Below, in pieces: positions 40,371 through 50,325 of a stretch of DNA of 64,000 nucleotides; within the stretch, counting starts at the first letter, position 1; each line of letters starts with the position of its first letter. Under the pieces are notes generated by a model. The model saw nothing but the letters and a program-made list of their open reading frames with translations. It did no database searches and was not told the DNA's origin. The DNA comes from an uncultured Prolixibacteraceae bacterium (GTDB lineage Bacteria; Bacteroidota; Bacteroidia; Bacteroidales; Prolixibacteraceae). Location of the stretch: contig CAZARW010000002.1 in the NCBI GenBank assembly GCA_964487645.1, positions 30,042 through 94,041 on the forward strand, read 5' to 3'. A program made the position numbers and the translations under genes.

Positions 40371-41000
40371 ATGAATAACGAAAGATTTCCATCAAAATTA
40401 CTCGAAAATGCTGTTGATCAATTCGCTCAATTACCCGGTATTGGCCGTAAAACCGCTTTGCGCCTGGTTTTGTATATGTTGAGGCTCGAAATACCCGAAG
40501 TTGACGAGTTTGGAAATGCTATTATTGCACTCCGACGCGAAGTAAAACACTGCAAAGTGTGTCACAATATTTCAGATTCTGAAACCTGTAATATTTGCAG
40601 TAACCCTCGTCGAAACAGTGAAGTAATTTGTGTGGTCGAAACAATACGCGATGTTCTTTCAATTGAAAATACGCATCAATACAATGGGCTTTATCATGTG
40701 TTGGGTGGTGTAATTTCGCCTATGGATGGCATTGGCCCTGCCGATTTGCAAATTGCATCGTTGGTAGAACGAATAAAACAAGGCAACGTAACTGAAGTTA
40801 TTTTGGCGCTAAGTACAAACATGGAAGGCGATACAACCAATTTTTATATCTACAAAAAATTGAAAGATTTTGAAGTAAAACTGACAACAATTGCACGGGG
40901 AGTTTCGGTTGGTGGCGAACTTGAATATACCGATGAGCTAACTCTCGGCAGATCAATTGTAAACCGAATTGATTATTCCGGTACTTTATCGCACAATTAA
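40371..41000 (+). CDS. recR: Recombination mediator RecR
   Basis: [18 protein letters not shown]…CNIC zinc finger, YHVLGG.ISP, Toprim [14 protein letters not shown]. Confidence 0.97.
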   Translation: MNNERFPSKLLENAVDQFAQLPGIGRKTALRLVLYMLRLEIPEVDEFGNAIIALRREVKHCKVCHNISDSETCNICSNPRRNSEVICVVETIRDVLSIENTHQYNGLYHVLGGVISPMDGIGPADLQIASLVERIKQGNVTEVILALSTNMEGDTTNFYIYKKLKDFEVKLTTIARGVSVGGELEYTDELTLGRSIVNRIDYSGTLSHN

Positions 41001-41135
41001 ACCACAACAATTGAGTTTTATATGTACAGCACACTGTATATACGCCAAAAAAACAACTGTTTTCGAAAAAATACGTAGTTTTACCCAATTGTTTCGAGAA
41101 AATAAACAATCATATATTAAAAGAGCTCTGTATTC

Positions 41136-43097
41136 ATGAAACTCACAGTAGTAATTGTTAACTATAATGTAAAACACTTTCTTGAGCAATGTTTGCACTC
41201 TGTTGAAAAGGCAATTGTAAATATCGACTCCGAAGTTTTTGTTGTTGACAATAACTCGGTTGATGGTTCGGGCGGAATGGTTGTACATAAATTTCCGTGG
41301 GTAAAATTCATCGGAAACAAAAAAAACGTAGGTTTCTCAAAAGCAAATAACCAGGCAATACGAATAGCAACCGGCCGGTATGTATTGCTGCTTAACCCCG
41401 ATACTGTTGTTGAAGAAGATACTTTTGAAAAAGTAATTGATTTTATGGACAAGCACCCCGATGCCGGAGGGCTTGGAGTAAAAATGATTGATGGCAAAGG
41501 CCGGTTTTTGCCCGAATCAAAAAGAGGGCTGCCTACGCCATGGGTTGCTTTTTATAAAATTTTCGGGTTGTCGGCTTTATTTAAAAAATCGAAAAAATTC
41601 GGACGCTATCATCTTTCTTTTCTTTCAAACGATAGAATTCATGAAATTGATGTGCTGGCCGGAGCATTTATGCTTATGCGAAAAGAAACCCTCGATAAAG
41701 TAGGCTTGCTCGACGAAGATTATTTTATGTATGGCGAAGATATCGACTTATCGTATAGGATAACACAAGGTGGATATAAAAACTATTATTTCCCGGATAC
41801 AACAATAATACACTATAAAGGCGAAAGTACTAAAAAAGGAAGCTTAAATTATGTACGCATGTTTTATACTGCAATGATAATATTTGCACGTAAACATTTT
41901 TCGGAACAATACGCCGGAATCTTTTCGTTTTTTATCCATTTGGCCATATATCTCAGAGCTGGTATTGCGGCAGTTTCAAGGATTTTGAAAAAGCTTATCT
42001 TACCAATTGTCGATTTTATTCTGGTGTTTTTTGGATTTGTTTTGTTATTGCCTGCCTGGGAAAATTACATGTATAGCCCCGGTTATTACCCCGATGAACT
42101 TGTACGATATGCACTGCCGGCCTATATTATTGTTTGGTTGATTTCAATTTATTATTCGGGTGGTTACGAAAAACCGATCCGCTTTCTTAAAATACTCAAA
42201 GGCTTGTTGTTTGGTACATTATTTATTTTGGTTGTTTATTCACTTTTGCCCGATTCGGCCAGGTTTTCGAGAGCCATTATTTTGCTGGGTGCTGCAATGT
42301 CGGTATGTGTAATTGCAGCTATACGCATTGTTTTGCATATAGTGCCCGGCGATGAATATCGGATTGGAGCACGTAGGCCAAAACGTGTCGCAATTGTTGG
42401 CAGCAAAGCCGAAACTTCAAGAGTAAGCGAAATTCTTAATCATACCGGTATTATTAGTAATATAATTGGTTTTATTTCGCCTTCTGATAAAAGCAATGTG
42501 GAATCTTATATCGGAGCCGTTTCGCAATTGCCCGAAATTGTACGAATTAATAATATCGAAGAACTTATTTTTTGTTCCCACGATATAAGCTCCCAGCAAG
42601 TAATTCAAAATATGCTTGCTTTGTCAAATTTCAACATCGAATACAAAATAGCACCACCGGCCAGTGTATCAATTATTGGGAGTAACTCAATTGATACAGC
42701 AGGTGATTTGTATGTAGTGAATGTTAATGCAATTACTAAAGAAAATAATAAACGAAACAAACGCTTATTTGATATGGCATTAGCTTGTTTGCTGCTTATT
42801 TTTTCGCCAATTGTTGTTTGGTTTGTGAATGAACGATCCAATTTTTTCAAAAATATTTTCAGAGTGATGAGTAAAAAATATAGCTGGGTAGGATATCATT
42901 ATGTAAATACAGCAGTGTATTTGAGCTTGCCCGCTATACAAAAAGGCATACTAAAAACAACCGATTTGCTTGTTGATGGCAACTTTGATAATGAAATGAT
43001 TGACCGGGTAAATATGCTTTATGCCCGAAACTATAGTGTGTTGAAAGATTTTGAAATGGTGTGGAAATTATTTAAAAAACTGGGACAAGAGCCATGA
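41136..43097 (+). CDS. GT2 glycosyltransferase fused to a TM bundle, Rossmann-like domain and degenerate sugar-transferase domain
   Basis: VVIVNYN, VDNNS.DGS, LLNPDT, FMYGEDID, HYKGES. Then ~5 TM helices, RVAIVG, and KRLFD…SWVGY…LYARNYS..KD. Confidence 0.85.
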   Translation: MKLTVVIVNYNVKHFLEQCLHSVEKAIVNIDSEVFVVDNNSVDGSGGMVVHKFPWVKFIGNKKNVGFSKANNQAIRIATGRYVLLLNPDTVVEEDTFEKVIDFMDKHPDAGGLGVKMIDGKGRFLPESKRGLPTPWVAFYKIFGLSALFKKSKKFGRYHLSFLSNDRIHEIDVLAGAFMLMRKETLDKVGLLDEDYFMYGEDIDLSYRITQGGYKNYYFPDTTIIHYKGESTKKGSLNYVRMFYTAMIIFARKHFSEQYAGIFSFFIHLAIYLRAGIAAVSRILKKLILPIVDFILVFFGFVLLLPAWENYMYSPGYYPDELVRYALPAYIIVWLISIYYSGGYEKPIRFLKILKGLLFGTLFILVVYSLLPDSARFSRAIILLGAAMSVCVIAAIRIVLHIVPGDEYRIGARRPKRVAIVGSKAETSRVSEILNHTGIISNIIGFISPSDKSNVESYIGAVSQLPEIVRINNIEELIFCSHDISSQQVIQNMLALSNFNIEYKIAPPASVSIIGSNSIDTAGDLYVVNVNAITKENNKRNKRLFDMALACLLLIFSPIVVWFVNERSNFFKNIFRVMSKKYSWVGYHYVNTAVYLSLPAIQKGILKTTDLLVDGNFDNEMIDRVNMLYARNYSVLKDFEMVWKLFKKLGQEP

Positions 43098-43615
43098 GTA
43101 TCAACAATAAAAAAGTAAAATTTGTACCCATTGAGCCCGAAAATCTTGATTGGTTGTATGCACACGAAAATAGTCCGCAAGTATGGAAGGTAAGTAATGT
43201 GCGTGTTCCGCTTTCGAAATATGCACTTGCTAAGTACATCGAAAACTCGCATCGCGATATATGGGAGAGTAAAGAGCAACGCTTAATTATTGCCGATTAT
43301 TCAAGCAATAAACCCTTAGGAACAGTTGAGTTATTTGATTTTGATCCGTACCACGGAAGAGCCGGGGTAGGAATTATTATTTTTGATACCAACGACCGAA
43401 AAAAGGGATATGCACAAAATGCACTGAGTTTACTGATGGATTATGCCAAAAACGAACTTGGAATACGTCAGTTATATGCTAATATTGCTCAAAGCAATGA
43501 GCCAAGCATTTTGTTGTTCGAAAAACTCGGATTTAAAAAAACCGGACATAAACAACAGTGGCTTAAAACACCTGCAGCCTACGAAGACGAATTGTTTTAT
43601 CAGGTGTTTTTATAG
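43094..43615 (+). CDS. GNAT N-acetyltransferase (RimL/SpeG-like)
   Basis: RAGVGIII…RKKGYAQNAL, QLYANI..SNEPS..LFEKLGF. Confidence 0.88.
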   Translation: MSINNKKVKFVPIEPENLDWLYAHENSPQVWKVSNVRVPLSKYALAKYIENSHRDIWESKEQRLIIADYSSNKPLGTVELFDFDPYHGRAGVGIIIFDTNDRKKGYAQNALSLLMDYAKNELGIRQLYANIAQSNEPSILLFEKLGFKKTGHKQQWLKTPAAYEDELFYQVFL

Positions 43616-43616
43616 T

Positions 43617-44090
43617 TTATTTCTGTATTATTATCCCATAATCGGGGATTTGTTCTAAAAAAATGTATTTCGAATTTTCAAAATCAACCATACAGCAATA
43701 GTGATTTATTCCATTGGTAACAAGTAAGTAAGGCACATTGAGCTTTAGGTTGTAGGCTGCAATTTGATCAAATACTTTCTGATTAATTTGTACTTCGGGA
43801 GCTTTACATTCAACCAGTAACTGTGGCGTACCTTGTTTTGAGTACGCAACAATGTCAAATCGCAAATGCTTGTTGTGCTGAATTATCTCTTTCTCAACAG
43901 CTAAAAGGCTTGCCGGATAATGTTTTTCATGTGTTAAATAGTGCAGGCAGTGCTGTCGTACCCATTCTTCGGGAGTTAATATGACGTATTTTTTTCGCGA
44001 TTTATCAAAAATATAAAAGCGTTTATTTTCTTCTTTTATCTTGAAAACCGTTTTAGGAAAATTTAATGTAGGTAAACTGTTTATATCCAT
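43617..44090 (-). CDS. Stand-alone HsdR N-terminal-like (HSDR_N_2) nuclease-fold protein
   Basis: RKKYVILTPEEWVRQH, RFDIV, LVECKAP, FDQIAAYN, TNGINH. Confidence 0.88.
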   Translation of the reverse strand: MDINSLPTLNFPKTVFKIKEENKRFYIFDKSRKKYVILTPEEWVRQHCLHYLTHEKHYPASLLAVEKEIIQHNKHLRFDIVAYSKQGTPQLLVECKAPEVQINQKVFDQIAAYNLKLNVPYLLVTNGINHYCCMVDFENSKYIFLEQIPDYGIIIQK

Positions 44091-44416
44091 CTTGAATAAA
44101 ACTCTTTGTTCGGGTATTCTTTATTTTGCTGCTTTAATTTTACAGGCAATTATTTTTGATGTTGTTTAAAAAAACATCAACTCAAAGCTTTATATGTGCT
44201 TAGGGCTTATAGCCATTCAAAAACACCATATTTTTTGATGTGAATATATGTAAAAATCGATAGAAAAGATATCTTTGCTTAAATTATAAAACATTGAGAA
44301 GGTTCTTTTTAATTAAAAACAGTTTACTTTAATTAAACAGCAAATAATAATGTTTCTCAATGTACTGGTTATATAATTTTGATTCATAACGAATCAATAA
44401 ATTAAAGATATTTATT

Positions 44417-45022
44417 ATGAAAAAGTTACCTCTGATACTTAGTGTATTATCATTAGTAGGAGTTGTTGCTCTATTTATTATCACCTTTAGTGCAAAGCCA
44501 CAAGCCGGCTCAAATCAAAATGATGCTGCAGCAAATTCTAATGAAAACGAAGGTTTACGTATTGCTTATGTGCTCACCGATTCGGTATTGGTTAATTATC
44601 AACTATCGCTCGATTTGAACGATCAGTTTGTTAAAAAGCAGCAGCAGTTTAACGATGAGTTTACTCGTAAGCGTACAACTTTTGAACAAGATGCTGTGAA
44701 ATTTCAGGAGAAAGTTCAAAGTGGCGGATTTCTTACCGAGGAGCGGGCAATTCGTGAGCGCGATCGTTTAATTAGTCAGGAGCAGGAAATTCAACAGCTC
44801 GACAGCGAGTTGTCGGCTAAGCTTGCTGAGATGGAGCAAAGCATTTATGCTGAAATTATCGATAGCTTGGTGTCGTATGTTAAAGAGTACAATACCGATA
44901 AAGGGTACGATTATATTTTTAACAATAGCGGAAATATTATTGTAGGCGATACGCAGCATAACATTACTGCCGAAATATTGAAAGGGCTTAATAGTCGATA
45001 CGAAAAGAATAAAAAGAAATAA
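44417..45022 (+). CDS. skp: OmpH/Skp periplasmic chaperone, membrane-anchored
   Basis: N-terminal TM helix, RIAYV..DS…NY, coiled-coil arms, YDYIF, NITAEILKGLN. Confidence 0.88.
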   Translation: MKKLPLILSVLSLVGVVALFIITFSAKPQAGSNQNDAAANSNENEGLRIAYVLTDSVLVNYQLSLDLNDQFVKKQQQFNDEFTRKRTTFEQDAVKFQEKVQSGGFLTEERAIRERDRLISQEQEIQQLDSELSAKLAEMEQSIYAEIIDSLVSYVKEYNTDKGYDYIFNNSGNIIVGDTQHNITAEILKGLNSRYEKNKKK

Positions 45023-45042
45023 TTTTATTAATAGCATATATT

Positions 45043-45078
45043 AAACCGTGTTCGTATATTCGTTCACGGTTTTTTTTT
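45043..45078 (+). terminator. Intrinsic terminator
   Basis: AAACCGTG…CACGGTTT stem followed by a T9 run. Confidence 0.75.
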
Positions 45079-45085
45079 ATTACAA

Positions 45086-46342
45086 ATGTTTGCTACACAG
45101 TATTTAGAAAAAAATAATTATTTGAGCACATTTTGGGCCAACAAAATTACAAACCATGCCCGACTTGTACTTGTAATTCCTTGTTACAACGAACCCTTTA
45201 TTGAAGAAACGCTTCGGTCGGTTTATGCATGTAATAATCCGCAATGCAATGTTGCAATAATTGTTGTTGTTAATCATCAACAAAATGCTTTGAAAAGCAT
45301 TATTGCGCAAAACCATAAAACTGTAAATCAAATTCTGAAAAAAAAATATGAGACGCCCGGGTGGATCGAAACCCACACAATATTTGCCGCTGATTTAAAA
45401 CCAAAGCATGCTGGTGTTGGTTTTGCCCGCAAAATTGGTATGGATGCAGCAATAGCTCATTTTAACAATCTCAATATGTGTTCGGGGGTAATAATTTCAC
45501 TTGATGCCGATAGTGTGGTTGAAAAAAATTATTTACAGGCCATAGATGTATACTTTAAACACAATACGCATGTTCCCGGAGCAAGTATTTATTTTGAACA
45601 TAAAATACCCGATTCACGTGCCGGAGATGCAATGGTGCTGTACGAACTCAATATGCGCTATTACTACCATGCCTTAAAGTATGCAGGTTTTCCTCATCCA
45701 ATATATACTGTAGGGTCGGCCTTTGCTGTTAAAGCCCTTGCATATGTTGAACAAGGTGGAATGAATAGGCGAAAAGCTGGTGAAGATTTTTATTTTTTAC
45801 ACAAACTAACAGCTCAGTCTAAAGTTGGTGTAATTAATTGCACTACAGTTTATCCTTCGGCACGCGAATCGAACAGAGTGCCATTTGGAACAGGGCCGGC
45901 AATATCAAAATACTTGAGTGGGAATGACGATCTGAATCAAACCTATCCCTTAGAGGCCTTTTTAGTTCCTGCTCAGCTATTCTCGCAGGTAAAACAATTA
46001 TTCAGCTATAAAACATATTCGTCAGAAATACTTACCGATAACACTGTATTCAGGCATTTTATTGACGAGAGTAATTTTGTTGATGATTTAACGAGTTTAC
46101 GAAAGAATTGCAGTAATGAAACAATATTCGAGAAACGTTTTTTTCAGCTTTTTAATGCTTTTAAGTTTCTGAAATGGCTTAACTTTGCGGCCGAAAATGC
46201 TTATTTTAAAAGAAACCTTGTTGAACAATCGATCAAATTATATGCAAAAATACAGGGTGTCGAAAAAACAGTAAACCCTGAGCCTGCTTTTTTGTTATCA
46301 ATGTACCGAAGTATTGATAAAAGCATCAGGGATACACCATAG
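45086..46342 (+). CDS. GT-A fold (GT2-like) glycosyltransferase
   Basis: VIPCYNE, GVGFARKIGMD, SLDADS (DxD), AGEDFYFL, SARESNRVPFGTG. Confidence 0.8.
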   Translation: MFATQYLEKNNYLSTFWANKITNHARLVLVIPCYNEPFIEETLRSVYACNNPQCNVAIIVVVNHQQNALKSIIAQNHKTVNQILKKKYETPGWIETHTIFAADLKPKHAGVGFARKIGMDAAIAHFNNLNMCSGVIISLDADSVVEKNYLQAIDVYFKHNTHVPGASIYFEHKIPDSRAGDAMVLYELNMRYYYHALKYAGFPHPIYTVGSAFAVKALAYVEQGGMNRRKAGEDFYFLHKLTAQSKVGVINCTTVYPSARESNRVPFGTGPAISKYLSGNDDLNQTYPLEAFLVPAQLFSQVKQLFSYKTYSSEILTDNTVFRHFIDESNFVDDLTSLRKNCSNETIFEKRFFQLFNAFKFLKWLNFAAENAYFKRNLVEQSIKLYAKIQGVEKTVNPEPAFLLSMYRSIDKSIRDTP

Positions 46343-46478
46343 TGTACATTAATGTGAAAAGATAAAATAGTATAGTCAGATGAAAGTTCTGTAAGGAGTG
46401 AATATATTTACAATGGCAAACGTAGATTTTATTGCTGAACTTTTATAGGGCTAATTAAATAAGTAAATTATATAACGA

Positions 46479-46709
46479 ATGAATTTTTTAATTACCATAC
46501 TTGTTGTTGTTGTATTGCTGGTATTGGCCTTTTTAGGATTGGCAATAAAAGTGATTTTTTCGCGGAGCAAAAAATTTCCAAATATCCATATTGGAAGCAA
46601 TAAGGATATGAAATCGCGAGGTATAACATGTGCTCAATCGTGGGATAAAATTGAACAACGCAATGCCCGGAAAATTGAATACAAGAATTTAACTCTCAGT
46701 GACAATTAA
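46479..46709 (+). CDS. Small single-pass membrane protein
   Basis: Hydrophobic N-terminus followed by FPNIHIG.NK.M..RGITCAQS.D, a pattern I recognise from conserved Bacteroidota small proteins. Confidence 0.75.
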   Translation: MNFLITILVVVVLLVLAFLGLAIKVIFSRSKKFPNIHIGSNKDMKSRGITCAQSWDKIEQRNARKIEYKNLTLSDN

Positions 46710-47896
46710 TAACCCGGTACGTTTGTCGAGTCGGATTTTGTTTGGTATGTGCTGTCGGCCAGCGAACGAAGTTTCATTTTTAGTATAACCGGAGTTCTGG
46801 TTCTTCCTATTTCGTCGGATAATGCATTTATTGCTTCGGGTAGATAATCGGCGTTTATGCGTGTAAGGTTTCTGATTTTTCGAGGCGAAACAAAAAACAG
46901 CAATTCGTCGTTTTCAGTAATATGGTGGGCTTTATCAAATGCTGCAATTGATGCATCTTCGGTATAAATGTTTATTTTATCGGCTTTTTTATCGTGAATT
47001 ACATGAAACATTGCACGCTGATCCATACTGTTAAATGCTAACGATACATAGGCAAAATGATCATTTTCCAAATATTTCTTTATTGTGTAATATCCTTTCT
47101 GGGTAAGCATCATAAACGAATCGTTACCGTCAATTGAGTGAAAGTCGAATGGTAAATTGTATTCTCCGAAATCGAAAATATACGTTGGAGTAATCGTATT
47201 TCCATTGATTAAGTACAGCGTGTTTCCCAAAAGTTCCCAAAAGCATATTTCTTTATTTGTAGAATAAAAAGCAAAACTTTCGGTAGGAGTACATCGGGTT
47301 ATAAGCCTGAGTTTGCGATCAGTAATTGTGCCGTTAGCATCGGTTTTGAGTAAACGGTATTGAGTTTCAGTATTGTTCCAGCCTGTCGATATCCAATAAT
47401 TTCCCTGTTTGTCGCGGGCAAAATCCGAAGGATTTACCGTGAATTTTATCTTATCTACAAGTGTTCCATCGTATCTAAAACGGTATGTGGTTGAATTCTC
47501 GAACTTGTATATTTCGACATAATCCCGAAATACATCAAGATTAAAATGTGCGGGATTCGAAAGAATAGGGAGATTATTGTCGTTTTGTACCGGGCGATTT
47601 TCACATATTGTATTGAGCAGTTCGCCTTTGTAGTTGTAGCGATTTACACACTGGGTATTTTTATTGTCGAGAATGAAAATATTTTCACGGTCGGCTTTTA
47701 TCTCCATGTCTTCGGTAATGTCACCGTAACGTTCAATTTCGAGCGGAATGACCGATATGTCGGAGATTAAGGGCGAATTGATAAAGTCGTCGCCATAGGG
47801 TTGAGGTATATAAATACGTTGTTGGGCTACCAATAACTGAGTAATGTTTAACAACAAAACAATCAGAATAAGCTTGTATGTTTTTGATTGATTCAT
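46706..47896 (-). CDS. Secreted 6-bladed beta-propeller protein
   Basis: Signal peptide. ISVIPLE, IFILD…RYNYKG.LL, FRYDG.LV, PTYIFDFG patterns. Confidence 0.7.
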   Translation of the reverse strand: MNQSKTYKLILIVLLLNITQLLVAQQRIYIPQPYGDDFINSPLISDISVIPLEIERYGDITEDMEIKADRENIFILDNKNTQCVNRYNYKGELLNTICENRPVQNDNNLPILSNPAHFNLDVFRDYVEIYKFENSTTYRFRYDGTLVDKIKFTVNPSDFARDKQGNYWISTGWNNTETQYRLLKTDANGTITDRKLRLITRCTPTESFAFYSTNKEICFWELLGNTLYLINGNTITPTYIFDFGEYNLPFDFHSIDGNDSFMMLTQKGYYTIKKYLENDHFAYVSLAFNSMDQRAMFHVIHDKKADKINIYTEDASIAAFDKAHHITENDELLFFVSPRKIRNLTRINADYLPEAINALSDEIGRTRTPVILKMKLRSLADSTYQTKSDSTNVPGY

Positions 47897-48030
47897 TTTG
47901 ATATTTTTCAGAATTATTAAAGCGAATTAAAATTGTTAGTTTATATTTTTTTGAAAGATACAAATTATATTGTTTTTATATCTTTTATGTATTTAAAAAT
48001 GTTCTGTTTATATATACTGTAGCTCTTTTT

Positions 48031-49029
48031 TTATTCAACAATATATTTATTAAACCCCTTGGTCATTGTCATTATATTTTCTCCATTTTCATCGGCATAA
48101 ATTAAAAATATTTCAATTTCGGGAGTTTCCTCTGCTAAAATTAACGATTTTTCGACACCAAGCACCATACATGCAGTTGCATAAGCATCGGCAGTAATGC
48201 AATTTTTAGCAATAACCGATGCACTAAGCAAGCTGTGATTAACAGGGTATCCGGTGTGTGGATTTATTGTATGTGCAAATTTCCTGCCATTTTCGATATA
48301 AAAATTGCGGTAGTTGCCCGAAGTTGCAATGGCCATATCGGGGAGCTTAATAATTGCCTGAAGTTCGCGGGCATTAACCGGTTCGTTGTCGTTTGGCTCG
48401 TTAATACCTATGCGCCATACATTGCCGGTTTTATTAACTCCTTTAGCTACAACCTCGCCTCCAATATCGACCATGTAGTTTTTAAATCCTTTTTTTGATA
48501 AATAATCAGCAACAATATCTACTCCGTATCCTTTTGCAATAGCACTAAAATCGAGCATTATACGCTTATCGGTTTTGTATATTGTTTTATTCTTCATCCA
48601 AATTTTTTCAAACCCTGTAAATGTTTTTATACTGTCGATAAGTATATCGGTAACCTTTTCTTTTTTTCCGAACCCAAATCCCCATGCATTTACCAGCGGG
48701 GCAACTGTTGGGTCAAAAGCTCCCTGTGTTTTTTGTGCAATTTCGATTGATTGGATAAAAACTGTAGAAAAAAAACTGTCGGCTTTTACTTGCTGATTGT
48801 TGTTTACTTTCGACAATACTGATTTAGGCTCGTATGTCGATAGTGAATTGTTTAAACTGTCGAGAAGGTTTTCAATTTCGGCTTGTATACTTGTTCCGTC
48901 AGGATTTTGGTATACTATGTTGAAGTAGGTCCCAAATACGCTGCCGGTATTTTTAATGTAAGCTGCTTGTTTTGTGTTGCAGGCTGTGAGTAGAGCAAAA
49001 AGTGCAAGTAAAAGTGTAATTTGTTTCAT
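48031..49029 (-). CDS. apbE: FAD:protein FMN transferase (lipoprotein)
   Basis: Lipobox LLTA-C. FGTYF, AFDPTVAPLVNAWGF, DFSAIAKGY.VD, IGGE, ATSGNYR, HTINP.TG, ADAYATA. Confidence 0.95.
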   Translation of the reverse strand: MKQITLLLALFALLTACNTKQAAYIKNTGSVFGTYFNIVYQNPDGTSIQAEIENLLDSLNNSLSTYEPKSVLSKVNNNQQVKADSFFSTVFIQSIEIAQKTQGAFDPTVAPLVNAWGFGFGKKEKVTDILIDSIKTFTGFEKIWMKNKTIYKTDKRIMLDFSAIAKGYGVDIVADYLSKKGFKNYMVDIGGEVVAKGVNKTGNVWRIGINEPNDNEPVNARELQAIIKLPDMAIATSGNYRNFYIENGRKFAHTINPHTGYPVNHSLLSASVIAKNCITADAYATACMVLGVEKSLILAEETPEIEIFLIYADENGENIMTMTKGFNKYIVE

Positions 49030-49164
49030 GCTGTAAAAGTTGTTTATATTTTAAATATACCGGGAGCAAATTTATAAATATTGTATCGATATAGTACCGA
49101 ATGAACAATCATTTCAAGTTTTGTGGATTTAACTTGTAAGCAATTTACTTTGCTTGCTTGCAAT

Positions 49165-49199
49165 AAAAAAGCCGGACATCAACAGCGATACCCGGCTTT
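49165..49199 (-). terminator. Intrinsic terminator after the TlpA gene
   Basis: AAAGCCGG…CCGGCTTT stem with an A6 run on the plus strand (U tail on minus). Confidence 0.75.
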
Positions 49200-49217
49200 A
49201 TATATAAGCTGATTTTT

Positions 49218-50315
49218 TTAATTAAGAATTTCTTCGAGCTTGTTTTTGAGTTCTTCTCCACGCAAGTTTTTGGCAATAATAACTCCTTCTTTGTCGAGCA
49301 AAACAGTGTGAGGAATTCCGGTTACCCCATACAAGGTAGCTGCTTCGGCAGGTTCTTCACCTTCCATGTCCCAAACATTTGGCCATACCATATTTTTTTC
49401 GTCAACAGTATTTACCCATGCGTTGCGGTCACGATCAAGTGATACTCCAAAAATTTCGAAACCCTTGTCGTTATATTGGTCATATAAATCGATAAGGTTT
49501 GGCAGTTCAACCATGCATGGTTGACACCACGAAGCCCAAAAGTCGATAAGCACATATTTTCCTTGTAATGATGACAACGAAATTTGTTCGCCATCGGCAT
49601 TATTCAAAGTAAAATCGGGAGCCTGAGCACCAACAACTGAAACACGCAATTTTTCGGCGCGATCTTCGATAGTTTTTACAAATTCAGACTCTTTAATTGG
49701 TGCAAACAGAGTAACAATTGAATCCAGTTCTTCTATTTCAGCTTCTTGAAAAAAGTTCATTAAATAGATGTATGCAGCAACAGGCGATTCGGGATTTTGC
49801 GAAATAATGTTGCGTGCAAAAAGCTGGGTATTATCGAGCATGGTTTCGTATTCAAGCATAATCATTTCCATTTCTTCCTGATCGCCGGTTTGTTGTGCGT
49901 CTCTGAAACGGTTTTGCATTTGGCGCTCCGAACTTGAGAAATGAATGATTTCGTCCATGTACGATTGAAATAAATCGTGCGATTTTGAACCAATAGTATA
50001 GTTTGCATCGAGGCTGTCGGGGAAAATTGTTGTGTTGATTTTTCCCGGTTCAACAAATACCTGAGAGATAAAGTCTCTTTGTCCTTCTAATCTGAGCAGT
50101 TTAAGTTCCGGGATTTCGACATCGCCGGTAAATGTAAATTTTCCATCGGTAATAACTGCTGTATCTGTCGGAACAGGATTTCCGTTTTCGAAGCCAAACA
50201 TAACGATTTTACCATCGCTGGCCGGGCTTACTTCACCATTCAATGTGAATTGTGATTTTTGCTGGCATGCTGCAGCAAGAATTGCTACTAATACGATTAA
50301 TGCTAATTTTTTCAT
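49218..50315 (-). CDS. TlpA/ResA-family thiol-disulfide oxidoreductase lipoprotein (DUF4369 + AhpC/TSA)
   Basis: Lipobox LAAA-C. APDFTL, GKYVLIDFWASWCQPC, GVSLD, YGVTGIP, NLRG. Confidence 0.92.
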   Translation of the reverse strand: MKKLALIVLVAILAAACQQKSQFTLNGEVSPASDGKIVMFGFENGNPVPTDTAVITDGKFTFTGDVEIPELKLLRLEGQRDFISQVFVEPGKINTTIFPDSLDANYTIGSKSHDLFQSYMDEIIHFSSSERQMQNRFRDAQQTGDQEEMEMIMLEYETMLDNTQLFARNIISQNPESPVAAYIYLMNFFQEAEIEELDSIVTLFAPIKESEFVKTIEDRAEKLRVSVVGAQAPDFTLNNADGEQISLSSLQGKYVLIDFWASWCQPCMVELPNLIDLYDQYNDKGFEIFGVSLDRDRNAWVNTVDEKNMVWPNVWDMEGEEPAEAATLYGVTGIPHTVLLDKEGVIIAKNLRGEELKNKLEEILN

Positions 50316-50325
50316 TTGTTGTGTA

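Noticed and set aside
40798-41288. Antisense ORFs over recR/GT2, representative of the many short shadow ORFs in the track
   Set aside because: They overlap well-supported genes on the other strand or frame and have no recognisable motifs.
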